Source: a bacterium (GTDB lineage: Bacteria; UBA8248). Taken from it: DNA of 64,000 nucleotides. Below, piece after piece: positions 1 through 10,818 of this stretch (within the stretch, counting starts at the first letter, position 1; each line of letters starts with the position of its first letter). Location: the NCBI GenBank assembly GCA_965213625.1, contig CBDBZU010000004.1, forward strand, positions 3,328,001-3,392,000. Reading direction: 5' to 3'. Below the pieces are notes generated by a model. It was not told where the DNA came from and did not search any database. It saw only the letters and a program-made list of their open reading frames with translations. The position numbers and the translations under genes are program-made.

Positions 1-1
1 G

Positions 2-796
2 ATGCCCACCATCGAGAGACTCATCGCCGTCTTCGGCTGGCGCTACGCTTACCTGATTTTCGGCGCCTCGATACTCTTCATCATCCTGCCGCTCAAACTA
101 CTCCTACTCAGAAACGCTCCCGCCGACGTAGGTCAGAATATCGATGGCGCGTCAGACGAAGAAGCCGCCGGGTTTCCGAAACCTCCTGCCTCCCAATCGC
201 AAAATGTGGGAGAAGTATTCCGGCGCATAAGAGGGGAGAAAAATTTCTGGGCATTGACGATCCTCGTTTTCGTCATAGGCCTGAACAACAACTCCATCTG
301 GAGCCAGCTCCAGATTTTCCTCGTCGACGCGAAATTCAGCACCGCATTCGGCGCTTTCGTTTTCGGGCTCACTGGCGCTATCCGTATTTTGGGCAGCGTA
401 GTCCTGGGTTGGGCAAGCGATCGCATGCCGCGCAAAAGGGCCCAGGCCATCGCCCTTTTCCTTTCGGGACTCGGCGTCCTCATCTTGCTTCTCGTACCAC
501 ATATGAACAACGGCATCGTTTTCGCTTTTATGTTCGCCGTCATCTACGGCTTCGGCGTCGGCGGCATGTCGGCATGCTATGCGGCCATGACCGCGGACGC
601 CTACGGCGGACGCTCGTTCGCTGTCATCATCGGGTTACTGGAAATCTCTTTTGGACTCGGGGGATTCATCGGCCCCCCGATGGCGGGCTTCATGTTCGAC
701 TATACGGGAAGCTATGTTCTGCCATTCTGCATCGTGGTCATATTCCAAACGGTCGCGCTCTTCGTCTGTCAGTTCGTCTACAGCACAGAGAGATAA
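2..796 (+). CDS. MFS transporter, 5'-truncated at window edge
   Basis: Multiple TM helices, GWASDRMPRK MFS loop motif; clear paralog of the next gene. Confidence 0.9.
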   Translation: MPTIERLIAVFGWRYAYLIFGASILFIILPLKLLLLRNAPADVGQNIDGASDEEAAGFPKPPASQSQNVGEVFRRIRGEKNFWALTILVFVIGLNNNSIWSQLQIFLVDAKFSTAFGAFVFGLTGAIRILGSVVLGWASDRMPRKRAQAIALFLSGLGVLILLLVPHMNNGIVFAFMFAVIYGFGVGGMSACYAAMTADAYGGRSFAVIIGLLEISFGLGGFIGPPMAGFMFDYTGSYVLPFCIVVIFQTVALFVCQFVYSTER

Positions 797-806
797 GGCC
801 TAACGA

Positions 807-2090
807 ATGAGAAAAAGAAAAAACGCGCGACCCTGGATATATTACGGATGGGTTATTGTCGGCACTTCCTTCACCGCCATGGCGTTTCATCAAACGGCGC
901 GTTTTTCCTTTTCCATCTTTCAAGTTCCTCTGATTCAGGAGTTCGGCTGGGGGCGCGGCGCTCTGGGCGGGGCATATGCCCTGATGTTGGGCAGCTACGC
1001 GGTTTGCAGTCCCATCATGGGCAACTTGTTCGACAAAAAAGGCGCGCGCGCCATTATGCCTTGGGGTTCTGTGTTCGTCGGCACGGGCTTCACCCTCGCG
1101 TATTTCATCAGTGAACTCTGGCACGTCTACCTTGTCCCCTGTCTGTTCGTGGGGATCGGCATGGCGCTCAGCGGTTTCGCGCTGCACAGCGCTATCATGC
1201 CGCAGTGGTTTCAGAGAAAGCGGGGCCTCGCCACAGGACTGGCACTCTCGGGCAGTGGAACGGGAATCCTGCTATTCATCCCGCTCATCGAACGGCTCAT
1301 CGCCACACAGGGCTGGCGCCTTACCTATCTGATTTTCGGCCTGGCAGTCTTGTTTATCGTCGTCCCCCTCACAGCGCTACTACTCAGAAAAGGGCCCGAG
1401 GAAGTGGGTCAATACATCGACGGGGCATCCGAATCTTCTGTACGTTCATCCCCGAAACCAGGCAAAAAATCACCCAGCACGCCTTTGCTCCAGGTGTTTC
1501 GCCAAGTCTATCGGGAGAGGAACTTCTGGACGCTCCTCATCGTCGTCTTCTTCATCGGCTTGAACAATAACTCGATATTGAGCCAACTCCAGTTGTTTCT
1601 GGTCGACGCCGAATACAGCACGGCTCTGGCGGCTTTCTTTTTCGGGATGCTGGGCGCTATACGGATGCTGGGCACGTTTTCCGTGGGCTGGCTGAGCGAT
1701 TCTATCGGCAGGCCGCGCGCCCAGGCCCTCTCTGCCTTCATCACAGTCTGCGGAATCGCAATTCTACTGTCCATTCCCCATATATCATATAAAATTCTGA
1801 TGGGCTGGATATTCATATTCGTTTACGGAATGGGCCTCGGCGGCATGAGCGTGTGCCACTCCTCCATGTCTGCAGATGCGTTCAGAGGCCCATCGTTCGG
1901 GGCCACTATCGGACTGCTCGAAATTTTCTTTGGCTTGGGGGGATTCATCGGCCCACCGCTAGCGGGTTTTATGTTCGACTATACGGGAAGCTATATGATT
2001 CCCTTTGTAGGGATAGCGGTCGGCCTGTTTTTTTGCATCTTCATGTGCCTGTTCGTCTATGAAACGCCCCGAAGGGCTTCCTCAGCATAG
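807..2090 (+). CDS. MFS transporter (OFA/MCT-like)
   Basis: 427 aa, about 12 TM helices, GNLFDKKGAR and GWLSDSIGR motifs, WFQRKRGLATG. Confidence 0.92.
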   Translation: MRKRKNARPWIYYGWVIVGTSFTAMAFHQTARFSFSIFQVPLIQEFGWGRGALGGAYALMLGSYAVCSPIMGNLFDKKGARAIMPWGSVFVGTGFTLAYFISELWHVYLVPCLFVGIGMALSGFALHSAIMPQWFQRKRGLATGLALSGSGTGILLFIPLIERLIATQGWRLTYLIFGLAVLFIVVPLTALLLRKGPEEVGQYIDGASESSVRSSPKPGKKSPSTPLLQVFRQVYRERNFWTLLIVVFFIGLNNNSILSQLQLFLVDAEYSTALAAFFFGMLGAIRMLGTFSVGWLSDSIGRPRAQALSAFITVCGIAILLSIPHISYKILMGWIFIFVYGMGLGGMSVCHSSMSADAFRGPSFGATIGLLEIFFGLGGFIGPPLAGFMFDYTGSYMIPFVGIAVGLFFCIFMCLFVYETPRRASSA

Positions 2091-2095
2091 CGGAA

Positions 2096-2917
2096 TCAAA
2101 AGGGCCGGCTCAATACCTCAAGCACTCTGGTAGCCTTCACCCTGTCGCCCTCGATGCGGAGGCGAGCCGCTCTTTCCTTAACCTCCAGACTCGCACGGCC
2201 TGTGGTAAGTAGTACAAGGTCGCTACCGCCACATACGACACGCGCGTCGCAATCGCCATGATCGGAAAACACGATTTCGGGCTTGCCTTTTTCGATGCGC
2301 AGCGCCCATTTGCGCTCGGGTTCGTTTGTTTCAAAGCAGATTGTTCCGTTGATATCCTTATCCCCCCGCGCACCGAAGAAGATGGGGAAACGATCGAGGA
2401 GACAATCCACCGCCACGGGCAGAGACGAAGCATGCAAATCGCCATCGGGCTGATTTCGAATGTCCCAGTCGTGGAGAATCAGTTCATAGAGCCTTTGCCC
2501 GGGAAACGTACGAATCGGGCATGGGGCGAGCCAGTGCCAGGCTTGTTTGTCCAGATCATCGGATCGAACCCCCTCAAAGACTTCCTGCAGCCGACATACG
2601 GCTTCGGTGAAAGCGTCTATGCGCTCTTCGCCCGATAGCGCAACGAGTTCATCCCCCACCTTTTTTCGATACGACCAGAACGATTTCAAATCCACCGCGC
2701 CGAAAGGCATCTCCAGACACCCTGCGGCGCCAGCGGGGATGACGTGCGCATAAAAACGCGCGCCCAACGTCATATGCGCCACTACATCTGCCACACACCA
2801 ACCTGGGCAAAAAGTGGGCGCGCGCCACCCTTGCTCGTCCAAGCATCTCAAGACATCGATGAACTTGTGATTTCCCTTTTCCACCCAGCAAACGACACCA
2901 GCAAAAAAATCATTCAT
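2096..2917 (-). CDS. Maleylpyruvate isomerase N-terminal (DinB-like) family protein with SCP2-like C-terminal domain
   Basis: W-x-APTFCPGWCVADVVAH and ELILHDWDI motifs; C-terminal LRIEGD. Confidence 0.8.
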   Translation of the reverse strand: MNDFFAGVVCWVEKGNHKFIDVLRCLDEQGWRAPTFCPGWCVADVVAHMTLGARFYAHVIPAGAAGCLEMPFGAVDLKSFWSYRKKVGDELVALSGEERIDAFTEAVCRLQEVFEGVRSDDLDKQAWHWLAPCPIRTFPGQRLYELILHDWDIRNQPDGDLHASSLPVAVDCLLDRFPIFFGARGDKDINGTICFETNEPERKWALRIEKGKPEIVFSDHGDCDARVVCGGSDLVLLTTGRASLEVKERAARLRIEGDRVKATRVLEVLSRPF

Positions 2918-2974
2918 AACGAAATCCCGCCCCCCTGCCCGGAGACGTGAAATTCCAAGCCCCCGCCAGCGTTA

Positions 2975-4027
2975 TCAAACGGGCATGGCCACTTTTAGTT
3001 CGCCCGAGATTTCCGCCACCTGCTTCCAAACGCCATCATCCACCGGGATTCCTTCCCGCAGCCTTCTTTCCTTTTCCCTGAAGCTGCGCTCCCCGGGCAC
3101 GCGAATCTCCTCCACGCCAGGGGCTCTGCGCGTGTTTTTGACCTCGGCGACATGGTAATCAACCATCTCCCTGAACACCTTCGGATCCCCAAATGCGGAT
3201 GGATCGATGGCGATGAACAAATCCCCCTTGTCGTAATGCCCCTCATGTACCGATTGACTGAGAGGCTTACCGACCTTGGCCCCAAGCAAAGGTCCCGCCA
3301 GAAGACCGATCAACAAACAAAGGCCGTAACCCTTGTGCTCCCCGAAAGGGGCAACCGCACCCGCAGCAGCCGTTTTCGCGTCCGTCGTCGGCTCGCCATC
3401 CGGCCCCACCGCCACGCCTTCCGGAATCGGCTCTCCCGTGACACTCGCTTTCAAGATCATCCCATAAGGAATGGCGCTCGTCGCAAAGTCGAGGAGTACG
3501 GGTTCGTCCCCGCCCTTTGGAACGGCTATTGAAAAAGGGTTCGTGCCCATGAGGCGCTCCACACCCCCATATGGATGAACAAGCGGCTGCGTGACGCCTG
3601 TAACGATTCCCACGCAACCTGCACGGGCGATACGCTCCGCATAATATCCCGTCATGCAGATGTGATCGCTATTCACGACGCCAACGGTGCAAGATCCCGC
3701 CTTTTCCGCTTTCCTGGCCGCGAGGGTTGCACCATAGGTTGCGCCCACGGGTCCCATGGCGCGATCGCCTTCCACCAACGCGGACCCCTCCCGCTCGTGC
3801 ACGACATGAGGTCTGGCATTTGCGTTAATCATCCCGCTCTGGATTCTTCGGATCATGTTCGGTAGGCGAATGAGGCCGTGGGTGGAATAACCCCTGAGAT
3901 CGGCTTCTATCAATACGTCGGCCGTCGACATCGATTGCTCGTGCGAACAACCCACGGCCGCCAGTATGCGCTCCATCAAATCGCGTAGTGCGTCCGCGTT
4001 GACGATGCGCTCTTTATCTAGACTCAT
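2975..4027 (-). CDS. Ldh_2 family oxidoreductase (malate/L-lactate/L-sulfolactate dehydrogenase-like)
   Basis: ADLRGYSTHG, GTNPFS, LDFATS, HKGYGL and RVPGER motifs; start placed at ATG 4027. Confidence 0.9.
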   Translation of the reverse strand: MSLDKERIVNADALRDLMERILAAVGCSHEQSMSTADVLIEADLRGYSTHGLIRLPNMIRRIQSGMINANARPHVVHEREGSALVEGDRAMGPVGATYGATLAARKAEKAGSCTVGVVNSDHICMTGYYAERIARAGCVGIVTGVTQPLVHPYGGVERLMGTNPFSIAVPKGGDEPVLLDFATSAIPYGMILKASVTGEPIPEGVAVGPDGEPTTDAKTAAAGAVAPFGEHKGYGLCLLIGLLAGPLLGAKVGKPLSQSVHEGHYDKGDLFIAIDPSAFGDPKVFREMVDYHVAEVKNTRRAPGVEEIRVPGERSFREKERRLREGIPVDDGVWKQVAEISGELKVAMPV

Positions 4028-4049
4028 GTGCGAAAAAACCTTTCTGTCT

Positions 4050-4559
4050 CTAAAGATCGGGGTTGGGAGCGGAAACGCTCGGCTTGGTGACATGCATCAT
4101 CCAGCAATAAATTTCTATCCGATTGCCGTCAGGGTCTAAAAAGTAGAATGCATGGCTTCCGCTTCCGCCGATGAATCCGTTCTCATCCAAACCCTCATGC
4201 GCATGAACATAGGGACCCGAGACAAACTCCACACCACAGGATTTCACGTGTTCCTGAGCAAGAAGCCAATTTTCTCGGTCATCAACCTCAAAAGCGATAT
4301 GGTGTAATCCGACATCCGTTCGATGTTCGGAGTCGGTCATCGTCAACCCGGCTTTCACGGCGTCTTCGGGCAACTCGAACAAGACCAGAGTGTGATGCTT
4401 CTCCGCGCAACGCATGAAACAGATCGGACGGAAGAAATCCGGAGGACCCCATTTCCCCGTCAGCTTCAATCCCACCACCTCACGATAGAACTTGATGGAG
4501 CGTTCAACGTCACTCACGTGGATTCCCATGTGACCAAGTCGTGCAACATTACAACCCAT
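4050..4559 (-). CDS. VOC family (glyoxalase/extradiol dioxygenase-like) protein
   Basis: LGHMGIHVSD, GLHHIAFEV, FYFLDPDGNRIEI. Confidence 0.9.
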   Translation of the reverse strand: MGCNVARLGHMGIHVSDVERSIKFYREVVGLKLTGKWGPPDFFRPICFMRCAEKHHTLVLFELPEDAVKAGLTMTDSEHRTDVGLHHIAFEVDDRENWLLAQEHVKSCGVEFVSGPYVHAHEGLDENGFIGGSGSHAFYFLDPDGNRIEIYCWMMHVTKPSVSAPNPDL

Positions 4560-4703
4560 TCCTATCCCTCCAAGAACGAATGCAGTGCAGAAAAATTCGT
4601 TTGCCTAAAATGGTGCGGCATCATAACATGCGCGGGCACGGTTGGCGTGTGCCTGTCCAGTTTGCAGATAAGCCGCTTCATACCCCAATGAAAGGGCATT
4701 CGA

Positions 4704-5531
4704 ATGTCGAATAAACCGGGTATCATCGCAATTTTTCTTGCCGCCACCATACTCTTCTCCGGCATATATCTGCTCCCATCCGCGAATAGTGAAAAAGTGA
4801 AACCCGCCGCAAACACAATCTCATCAAAAGAAACCAGGTCGAAAGCAGCGCCTGCTCCCACCCTCTTGGCGCAAAATTTCGACAAAAAGCAAATTGAAAA
4901 AATCATCAGAGAATATCTCATTGAAAACCCTGAAGTACTTGAGGAGGCCATCAGGGCTTTAAGAACAAAGCGAGAAGCAAAGCGCCTGGCTGCGGCCCAA
5001 ACCTCTATCCTGAGAAACAGGAAACAAATCTATGAGGACCCCGATGACCCCGTTGGCGGGAACCCCAACGGAGATGTGACAATTGTGGAATTTTTCGATT
5101 ATCGATGCGGGTTTTGCAAGCGAGTGGCCCCTGTCGTAAATGAAGCACTCGCAAAAGACAAGAACATCCGTATCGTCTACAAGGAGTTCCCCGTACTAGG
5201 CCCGAATTCCATATTGGCGGCCCGGGCGGCTCTCGCCTCACGCGCACAGGGCAAATATCATACTTTTCACAAGGCTCTCATGAAGGCTAAAATTTCTTAT
5301 GATGAAGCGAGTATCATGAAAATCGCCGACACCGTGGGCATAGACACGGCTCGCCTGAAAAAGGACATGCAAGCGCCAGGCATCCAGGCCCAGATAGCCA
5401 AAACCCGCGCTCTGGCGCGCTCGCTAGGCATACGCGGCACACCAGCCTTCGTAGTGGGAGAACAACTCTTCCCGGGCGCGCTCAGTTCGGCTCAGCTTGC
5501 CCGTATGATTCAAATGGCGAGAAAGAAATAG
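4704..5531 (+). CDS. DsbA family (Com1/ScsC-like) periplasmic thiol-disulfide oxidoreductase
   Basis: Signal peptide, EFFDYRCGFCK (CxxC), GIRGTPAF cis-Pro loop. Confidence 0.92.
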   Translation: MSNKPGIIAIFLAATILFSGIYLLPSANSEKVKPAANTISSKETRSKAAPAPTLLAQNFDKKQIEKIIREYLIENPEVLEEAIRALRTKREAKRLAAAQTSILRNRKQIYEDPDDPVGGNPNGDVTIVEFFDYRCGFCKRVAPVVNEALAKDKNIRIVYKEFPVLGPNSILAARAALASRAQGKYHTFHKALMKAKISYDEASIMKIADTVGIDTARLKKDMQAPGIQAQIAKTRALARSLGIRGTPAFVVGEQLFPGALSSAQLARMIQMARKK

Positions 5532-5539
5532 AAAAGAAA

Positions 5540-5569
5540 AAAGCCCCGGAGATTCCTCTCCGGGGCTTT
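5540..5569. terminator. Intrinsic terminator between convergent genes
   Basis: 13-bp perfect stem AAAGCCCCGGAGA/TCTCCGGGGCTTT, 4-nt loop, A-run upstream. Confidence 0.8.
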
Positions 5570-5585
5570 CCATCCATCGGCAAAC

Positions 5586-6038
5586 TCAGTCTACCGTCAC
5601 CGAACCCATTAACATTCTGCGGTAATCCCACCATTTCCATTTCTTGGGAACCATGGTGATTCGCACACGTATTTTCTGCGCGATGGGCGTATTTACGTAA
5701 TTCGCCCACATCTCCGGCCCAAAAAAGTGATCCACCACGCTTTTCAGCCCCTCGTGGTCCTTACCCATCACCTCGGAGACCTGCGCCTCCCCCTCCACGA
5801 CAACAGCGCGGAAAGGAGCTTCATCATCGTCGATGCAGATGGAAAACGCCGGGTTTCTCCTTAAATTCCTTGCCGAAACGGAATCCTCACCCGTGCTGAT
5901 GAAAAAACTGGCATCCTCGGGATTGAACAGATACAAAAGCGGAATTACGTGCGGGGAACCATCCGCATTCGTGGTAGCGATTCTCGCCATGTGGGGTTCC
6001 TGTAAAAATTCATCCATTTCGGTCGGGCGCTCGGCCAT
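5586..6038 (-). CDS. Pyridoxamine 5'-phosphate oxidase-like (PPOX/split-barrel) flavin- or F420-binding protein
   Basis: ARIATTNADGSPHVIP, RNLRRNP. Confidence 0.85.
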   Translation of the reverse strand: MAERPTEMDEFLQEPHMARIATTNADGSPHVIPLLYLFNPEDASFFISTGEDSVSARNLRRNPAFSICIDDDEAPFRAVVVEGEAQVSEVMGKDHEGLKSVVDHFFGPEMWANYVNTPIAQKIRVRITMVPKKWKWWDYRRMLMGSVTVD

Positions 6039-6117
6039 TTTCCATCTCCTCTCGAAAATTCATGACGTTATGAATCATTCCCGATTTATCGCTCCAAAAT
6101 GATACCGGAGTCCTCCT

Positions 6118-8727
6118 TCACTTCACAATCAGATTCACCAGGCGTCCCGGCACGACAATGTGCTTCACGATCTCTTTATCACCGATGTAACTAGCCGTGA
6201 CGGCTTCCGCTTTTTTCTTCAGTTCCTCCTCGGGCGCATCCGGCAGCGCCATGAACGTGCGCCTCGTCTTTCCGTTCACTTGCACGGCGAATTCTTTCTC
6301 CTCGGCGGCAATGGCCGATTCATCCACTTGGGGCCACGCCACCCGGAAGATACTGACCTCTCCCCCACTTCCGCTAAGAACCTGCCAGAGTTCCTCTGCC
6401 ACGTGAGGCGCCATGGGCGCCATACAGCGAAGCAGAATCTCGGCCGCCTCGCGCTGCACCGCATTGTCCGCCTCGGCCTCCGAGCGAAGCGACGTGGCCA
6501 GTTCCATGATGCGCGCCACCGCCGTGTTAAAGGAGAAGGAGTGCTCATAAACTTCCGTCACCGCCTTCAATGTGGCGTGGGCGTCGCGCCTGAGCTTTCT
6601 CCCGGATGCGGTCAACCCGCTCCCGTCTCCGGAATAGGCATCTGTCTCCCTCCAGGCTTCGAGCCGCTCCGTGAACGTAACCCAAAGCCTTTGCAGGAAC
6701 CTGTGCACGCCTATCAATCCATCATCGCGCCATTCCTTCGAGCGCTCGGGAGGACCGATGAACAGCGTATACAGGCGGCCCGCATCGGCCCCGTATTTTC
6801 CCGTGCATTCTTCAATCGAGACTCCGTTCATCTTCGACTTGCTCATCGAGGCCATCTCGGGGAGCACCTTCTGCCCGGCTTCGTAGCCGCTGCCACTCGG
6901 GCCGTCTGCCGTAACGACAAGAGATTCCTCGTCCACGTCCTGATAGGGTACCCAAACACGGCCGCGCGCATCTGCCAAATAGTAGGCCATCCTGCAAACC
7001 ATTCCCTGGGTGAACAGATTCTCAAAGGGCTCCTCGAAAGAAACAAGCCCCAGATCGTAGAGCACTTTTGTGAAAAACCGCGAGTACAGCAGGTGCATTA
7101 CGGCATGTTCCGCGCCCCCGATGTACTGTGTCACCGGTAGCCAGTGGTTCACGATTTCCGACTGGAACACGGCGCTATCGTCGCGCGGGCTGACGTACCG
7201 CAGGTAATACCAGGATGAGTCCACAAAAGTGTCCATAGTGTCCGTCTCCCGCCGGGCGGGCCTTCCTGTTTTCGGGCTGATGACGTTCACGAAATCCTCG
7301 CTCTGGGCCAGGGGATTTCCCCCTCGGCCCGTGAACTCGACGTCACGCGGGTGCATGACGGGCAGATGATCGTCCGGCACAGGGGTGATGCTGCCGTCTT
7401 CTTCATAGATAACTGGTATCGGCACACCCCAGTAACGCTGGCGAGAAATGAGCCAGTCTCTGAGGCGCCAGTTGATTGTCTTGTCCCCGAAACCCTTTTC
7501 CGCGAAATAATCGATCATCTTCGGATACGCTTCGCGGTTCGGCTGCCCGTCGAATGGGCCGGAGTTTTCCATGACGCCGTCTTCGATGTATGCCTCCTCC
7601 ATCGTGTCGCCATTGAGTCCCCCTTCAGGATGCTGGATGACCACCTTGACCGGGATCCCGTATTTTCTCGCAAAAACGAAATCGCGCTGGTCGTGCGCGG
7701 GCACGCCCATCACGATGCCCGTGCCATATTCCATCAAAGCGTAATCGGCCACGAGCAAGGGTACGCGGTCTCCATTGACGGGGTTGATAATGAAATGACC
7801 CGTATCGACGCCCGTCTTTTCACTCTCTTCGCTCATGCGTTCCGCGGCGCTTTGGGTCTGCATGGCTTCCACGGCCTCACGTATGGAATCCGCGCGGGCA
7901 TTCCCTTCCAGTAACTGATCGATTAGAGGGTGCTCTGGCGCGCAGACCATGAAGGTGACGCCATAGACCGTATCCGGCCTGGTGGTGAAAACCGAGAGCG
8001 TCTCGCCGGTCGTTTCGAGTCTGAAATCAATCCGAGCACCTTCGCTGCGCCCCAGCCAGTTTCTTTGTTGCTGCTTTACGTGCTCGGGCCAGCCGACCAG
8101 ACCATCGAGATCGTCCAGCAGGCGCTGCGCATAATCGGTAATCTTCAGGAACCACTGGCTGAGCCAGCGTTTTTCCACCTTGGCGCCGCTGCGCCAGGCG
8201 ATGCCGTCGTGAATCTGCTCGTTCGCAAGAACGGTCCCATCCACCGGATCCCAGTTGACGAGGGCCTCGCGCTTATACGCCAGGCCATTTTCTAGCATCT
8301 GGAGGAAAATCCACTGTGTCCATTTGTAATAGCCCGGATGCGCGGTGGAAATCTCGCGCGGCCAGTCATAAGCGAGACCCGCCATTCGAAGCTGGCGTCT
8401 CATGTTGTCGATATTTTTTTTCGTCCACGCGGCGGGATGCGCGCCGGCATTGATGGCGGCGTTCTCCGCGGGCAGCCCCAGGGCATCCCAGCCCATCGGG
8501 TGCAAGACCTCAAAGCCGCGCATCTTCCGGTAGCGGCTGATGGCGTCGCCCATCGTGTAGTTGCAGGCGTGGCCCATGTGTAGGTCGCCCGATGGGTAAG
8601 GAAACATCATCAGGGAATAGTAAGTAGGCTTATCACCTGGGTGATCGGAGGTCTCGAATATCTTCTCCTCCGCCCACAGATTCTGCCATTTCCCCTCATA
8701 ACTGGATGGACTATATTCGCCGAGCAT
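6118..8727 (-). CDS. leuS: Leucine--tRNA ligase
   Basis: MFPYPSGDLHMGH, DWLISRQRYWG, MDTFVDSSWY, SMSKS (KMSKS variant), VQVNGK; SD GAGGA before ATG 8727. Confidence 0.98.
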   Translation of the reverse strand: MLGEYSPSSYEGKWQNLWAEEKIFETSDHPGDKPTYYSLMMFPYPSGDLHMGHACNYTMGDAISRYRKMRGFEVLHPMGWDALGLPAENAAINAGAHPAAWTKKNIDNMRRQLRMAGLAYDWPREISTAHPGYYKWTQWIFLQMLENGLAYKREALVNWDPVDGTVLANEQIHDGIAWRSGAKVEKRWLSQWFLKITDYAQRLLDDLDGLVGWPEHVKQQQRNWLGRSEGARIDFRLETTGETLSVFTTRPDTVYGVTFMVCAPEHPLIDQLLEGNARADSIREAVEAMQTQSAAERMSEESEKTGVDTGHFIINPVNGDRVPLLVADYALMEYGTGIVMGVPAHDQRDFVFARKYGIPVKVVIQHPEGGLNGDTMEEAYIEDGVMENSGPFDGQPNREAYPKMIDYFAEKGFGDKTINWRLRDWLISRQRYWGVPIPVIYEEDGSITPVPDDHLPVMHPRDVEFTGRGGNPLAQSEDFVNVISPKTGRPARRETDTMDTFVDSSWYYLRYVSPRDDSAVFQSEIVNHWLPVTQYIGGAEHAVMHLLYSRFFTKVLYDLGLVSFEEPFENLFTQGMVCRMAYYLADARGRVWVPYQDVDEESLVVTADGPSGSGYEAGQKVLPEMASMSKSKMNGVSIEECTGKYGADAGRLYTLFIGPPERSKEWRDDGLIGVHRFLQRLWVTFTERLEAWRETDAYSGDGSGLTASGRKLRRDAHATLKAVTEVYEHSFSFNTAVARIMELATSLRSEAEADNAVQREAAEILLRCMAPMAPHVAEELWQVLSGSGGEVSIFRVAWPQVDESAIAAEEKEFAVQVNGKTRRTFMALPDAPEEELKKKAEAVTASYIGDKEIVKHIVVPGRLVNLIVK

Positions 8728-8806
8728 GAAATTCCTCAATTTTTCGGTATATGTTTCTTGAATTCCAATGCAGGCGTTCCGCCTGCTTCAAAATGTTCGC
8801 GCTGCT

Positions 8807-9229
8807 CTAAAGGTGCGGTCCCTCCGAGATGGGCGCGGCCTCTCCTCTTATCTTCTCTAGGATTTCAGGCGGAATGCGTCTTGGCTTTCCAAGCGCATCG
8901 GTTCTCGCATGAAGCGTATAGCCTTCCACCAGAACCCGCCCCTCCTGCTCCACCAAATAATCAATACGTACCCGCACGCCTTCAGGCTCTCTGAACCAGC
9001 CGGTGACCTTCACCTGGCCATCATACCGAGCGCCTTCCTTGTAGCGGCAATGGCTCTCCACCACGGGAAAGAAAACGCCCTCTTTTTCGAGTTGCCCGTA
9101 GGGAAATCCGATCTTGCGAAAATACTCCGTTCTAAGCTGCTCGAACCATACAAAATAGACCGTGTGATGCACCACACCCATCTGGTCAGTTTCGGCATAC
9201 CTTACACGAAAATCAATGGATAGAGCCAA
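8807..9229 (-). CDS. Acyl-CoA thioesterase, YbgC/FadM (4HBT) family
   Basis: RVRYAETDQMGVVHH. Confidence 0.92.
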   Translation of the reverse strand: MALSIDFRVRYAETDQMGVVHHTVYFVWFEQLRTEYFRKIGFPYGQLEKEGVFFPVVESHCRYKEGARYDGQVKVTGWFREPEGVRVRIDYLVEQEGRVLVEGYTLHARTDALGKPRRIPPEILEKIRGEAAPISEGPHL

Positions 9230-9250
9230 ACCGGATAAACCTATGAGCGG

Positions 9251-10618
9251 TTATGAAAAAAGAAACCAACGGGCGATGTTAAAGTAAATCAAAAGCCCCA
9301 GGACATCGACTCCAGTCGTCACAAAAGGCCCCGTCGCCACGGCAGGATCCACACGAAATCGATGAAGCACGAGTGGCAAAAACGATGCCAGAAGAGCGGA
9401 AAACATCATTACTACACAAATCGCGAGTCCCACAACAAAACCCAGCCAAGCGACAGAAGAGAACTGATACGTTGCTAACAATCCCAACAACAAGCCATAA
9501 CAAACGCCAAGAAGCGACCCGACGGTCACCTCCTTCGAGATGACGCGAAGCCATGATTTGGGATCGATGCGTCCAGTCGCCAAACCACGCACGACGATAG
9601 TAGCGCTTTGGGTGCCGACGTTACCCGCCATACCGATAATTACCGGCATGAACGCTGCGAGAGCCACAATCTTGCTCAATTGGTCTGAATACTGATGGAT
9701 AAGTTGAGCAGCGAGAATACCGCCCAACCAACTGAAAAACAGCCAGGGCAAACGAATCCACGCAAGGCGCCTTGCGGAAAGCGCCGTTACCTCGTCCTGA
9801 TAGGAGTGCGTCCCCGCCATCTTCAAGATGTCTTCGGTCGCTTCCTCCCTGATGACGTCGAGCACATCATCCACCGTGATAATTCCGACCAGGACGTTGT
9901 CGTCATCCACGACAGGGATGGCCAAAATGTTGTAGCGTGAGACGACGCGTGCGACGTGCTCCTGGTCGGCATGCACGCTCTCGCTCCAGACATTGGTAAT
10001 CATAATTTCAGACAGGGACTTGGACGGGCCCGCCAGCAAGAGTTGCCGCAGAGTAATCACCCCTCTCAGGCAACCATTCGTGTCGATGACGTAGACATAG
10101 AAAATATAGTCCACCTCGCTGGCTTTTCGCACTTGGGATATAGCTTCATCAACCGTGAGTTCTTCAGGAAGAGCCACATATGAATCCGTCATGATGGCGC
10201 CTGCAGTTTCCGGCAAATACGCCATCATGTCCTGCATAGCTTCCGTTTCCGGTGCATCGAGGAGCGCGACAATTTCCTGGGAACGATCCTCTGGCAGGGT
10301 CTCCAGAATGTATCTGGCGTCGTCGCTGTCCAATTCCTTGATCAGTGGGACGACATCTTCGTTCGACACCGGTTCCAGGAGTTCTCGTACGATGTGGGAA
10401 TCCGATTCCGTCAGAATGGAGGCGCGGTGCTCCCTGTTTCGGACGAGGGAAAACGCTTCTTGACGTTCTTCGGGTAGAAAATGCTGAAAAATCTGTGCTA
10501 CTTCGGCCGCGTGCATTTTTTCCAGTGCATTGGAAAGATTGGCGTCGGCCTTATGCCTCAAAAGCCGACGCACCATGTCTTCGACGCGAAGAAGTCTCGG
10601 ATCACGCTCGTTCACCAT
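9251..10618 (-). CDS. mgtE: Magnesium transporter MgtE
   Basis: CBS pair, GNVGTQS, DPAVATGPFVTT. Confidence 0.96.
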   Translation of the reverse strand: MVNERDPRLLRVEDMVRRLLRHKADANLSNALEKMHAAEVAQIFQHFLPEERQEAFSLVRNREHRASILTESDSHIVRELLEPVSNEDVVPLIKELDSDDARYILETLPEDRSQEIVALLDAPETEAMQDMMAYLPETAGAIMTDSYVALPEELTVDEAISQVRKASEVDYIFYVYVIDTNGCLRGVITLRQLLLAGPSKSLSEIMITNVWSESVHADQEHVARVVSRYNILAIPVVDDDNVLVGIITVDDVLDVIREEATEDILKMAGTHSYQDEVTALSARRLAWIRLPWLFFSWLGGILAAQLIHQYSDQLSKIVALAAFMPVIIGMAGNVGTQSATIVVRGLATGRIDPKSWLRVISKEVTVGSLLGVCYGLLLGLLATYQFSSVAWLGFVVGLAICVVMMFSALLASFLPLVLHRFRVDPAVATGPFVTTGVDVLGLLIYFNIARWFLFS

Positions 10619-10818
10619 GGCTGATCCTCACATCGTCAAGCTAGTAAACACGGTGTCCAAAAGGCGTAGAGTCTATTGAACACCTTAGGGAGTGTCAATC
10701 ATATTGTGTTACGGGCAAACTTAGCATATCTTGGTTGTAGATTGTTGTTCATGCAGGGGGCATTTACTGGCGGTAACACTTATATTTTTCGCTCGTTTGA
10801 TTTGGGGAGTGCCTTACC

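Noticed and set aside
6826-6850. SMSKS in place of KMSKS in LeuS
   Set aside because: The catalytic second Lys is retained and first-position variation is ordinary.
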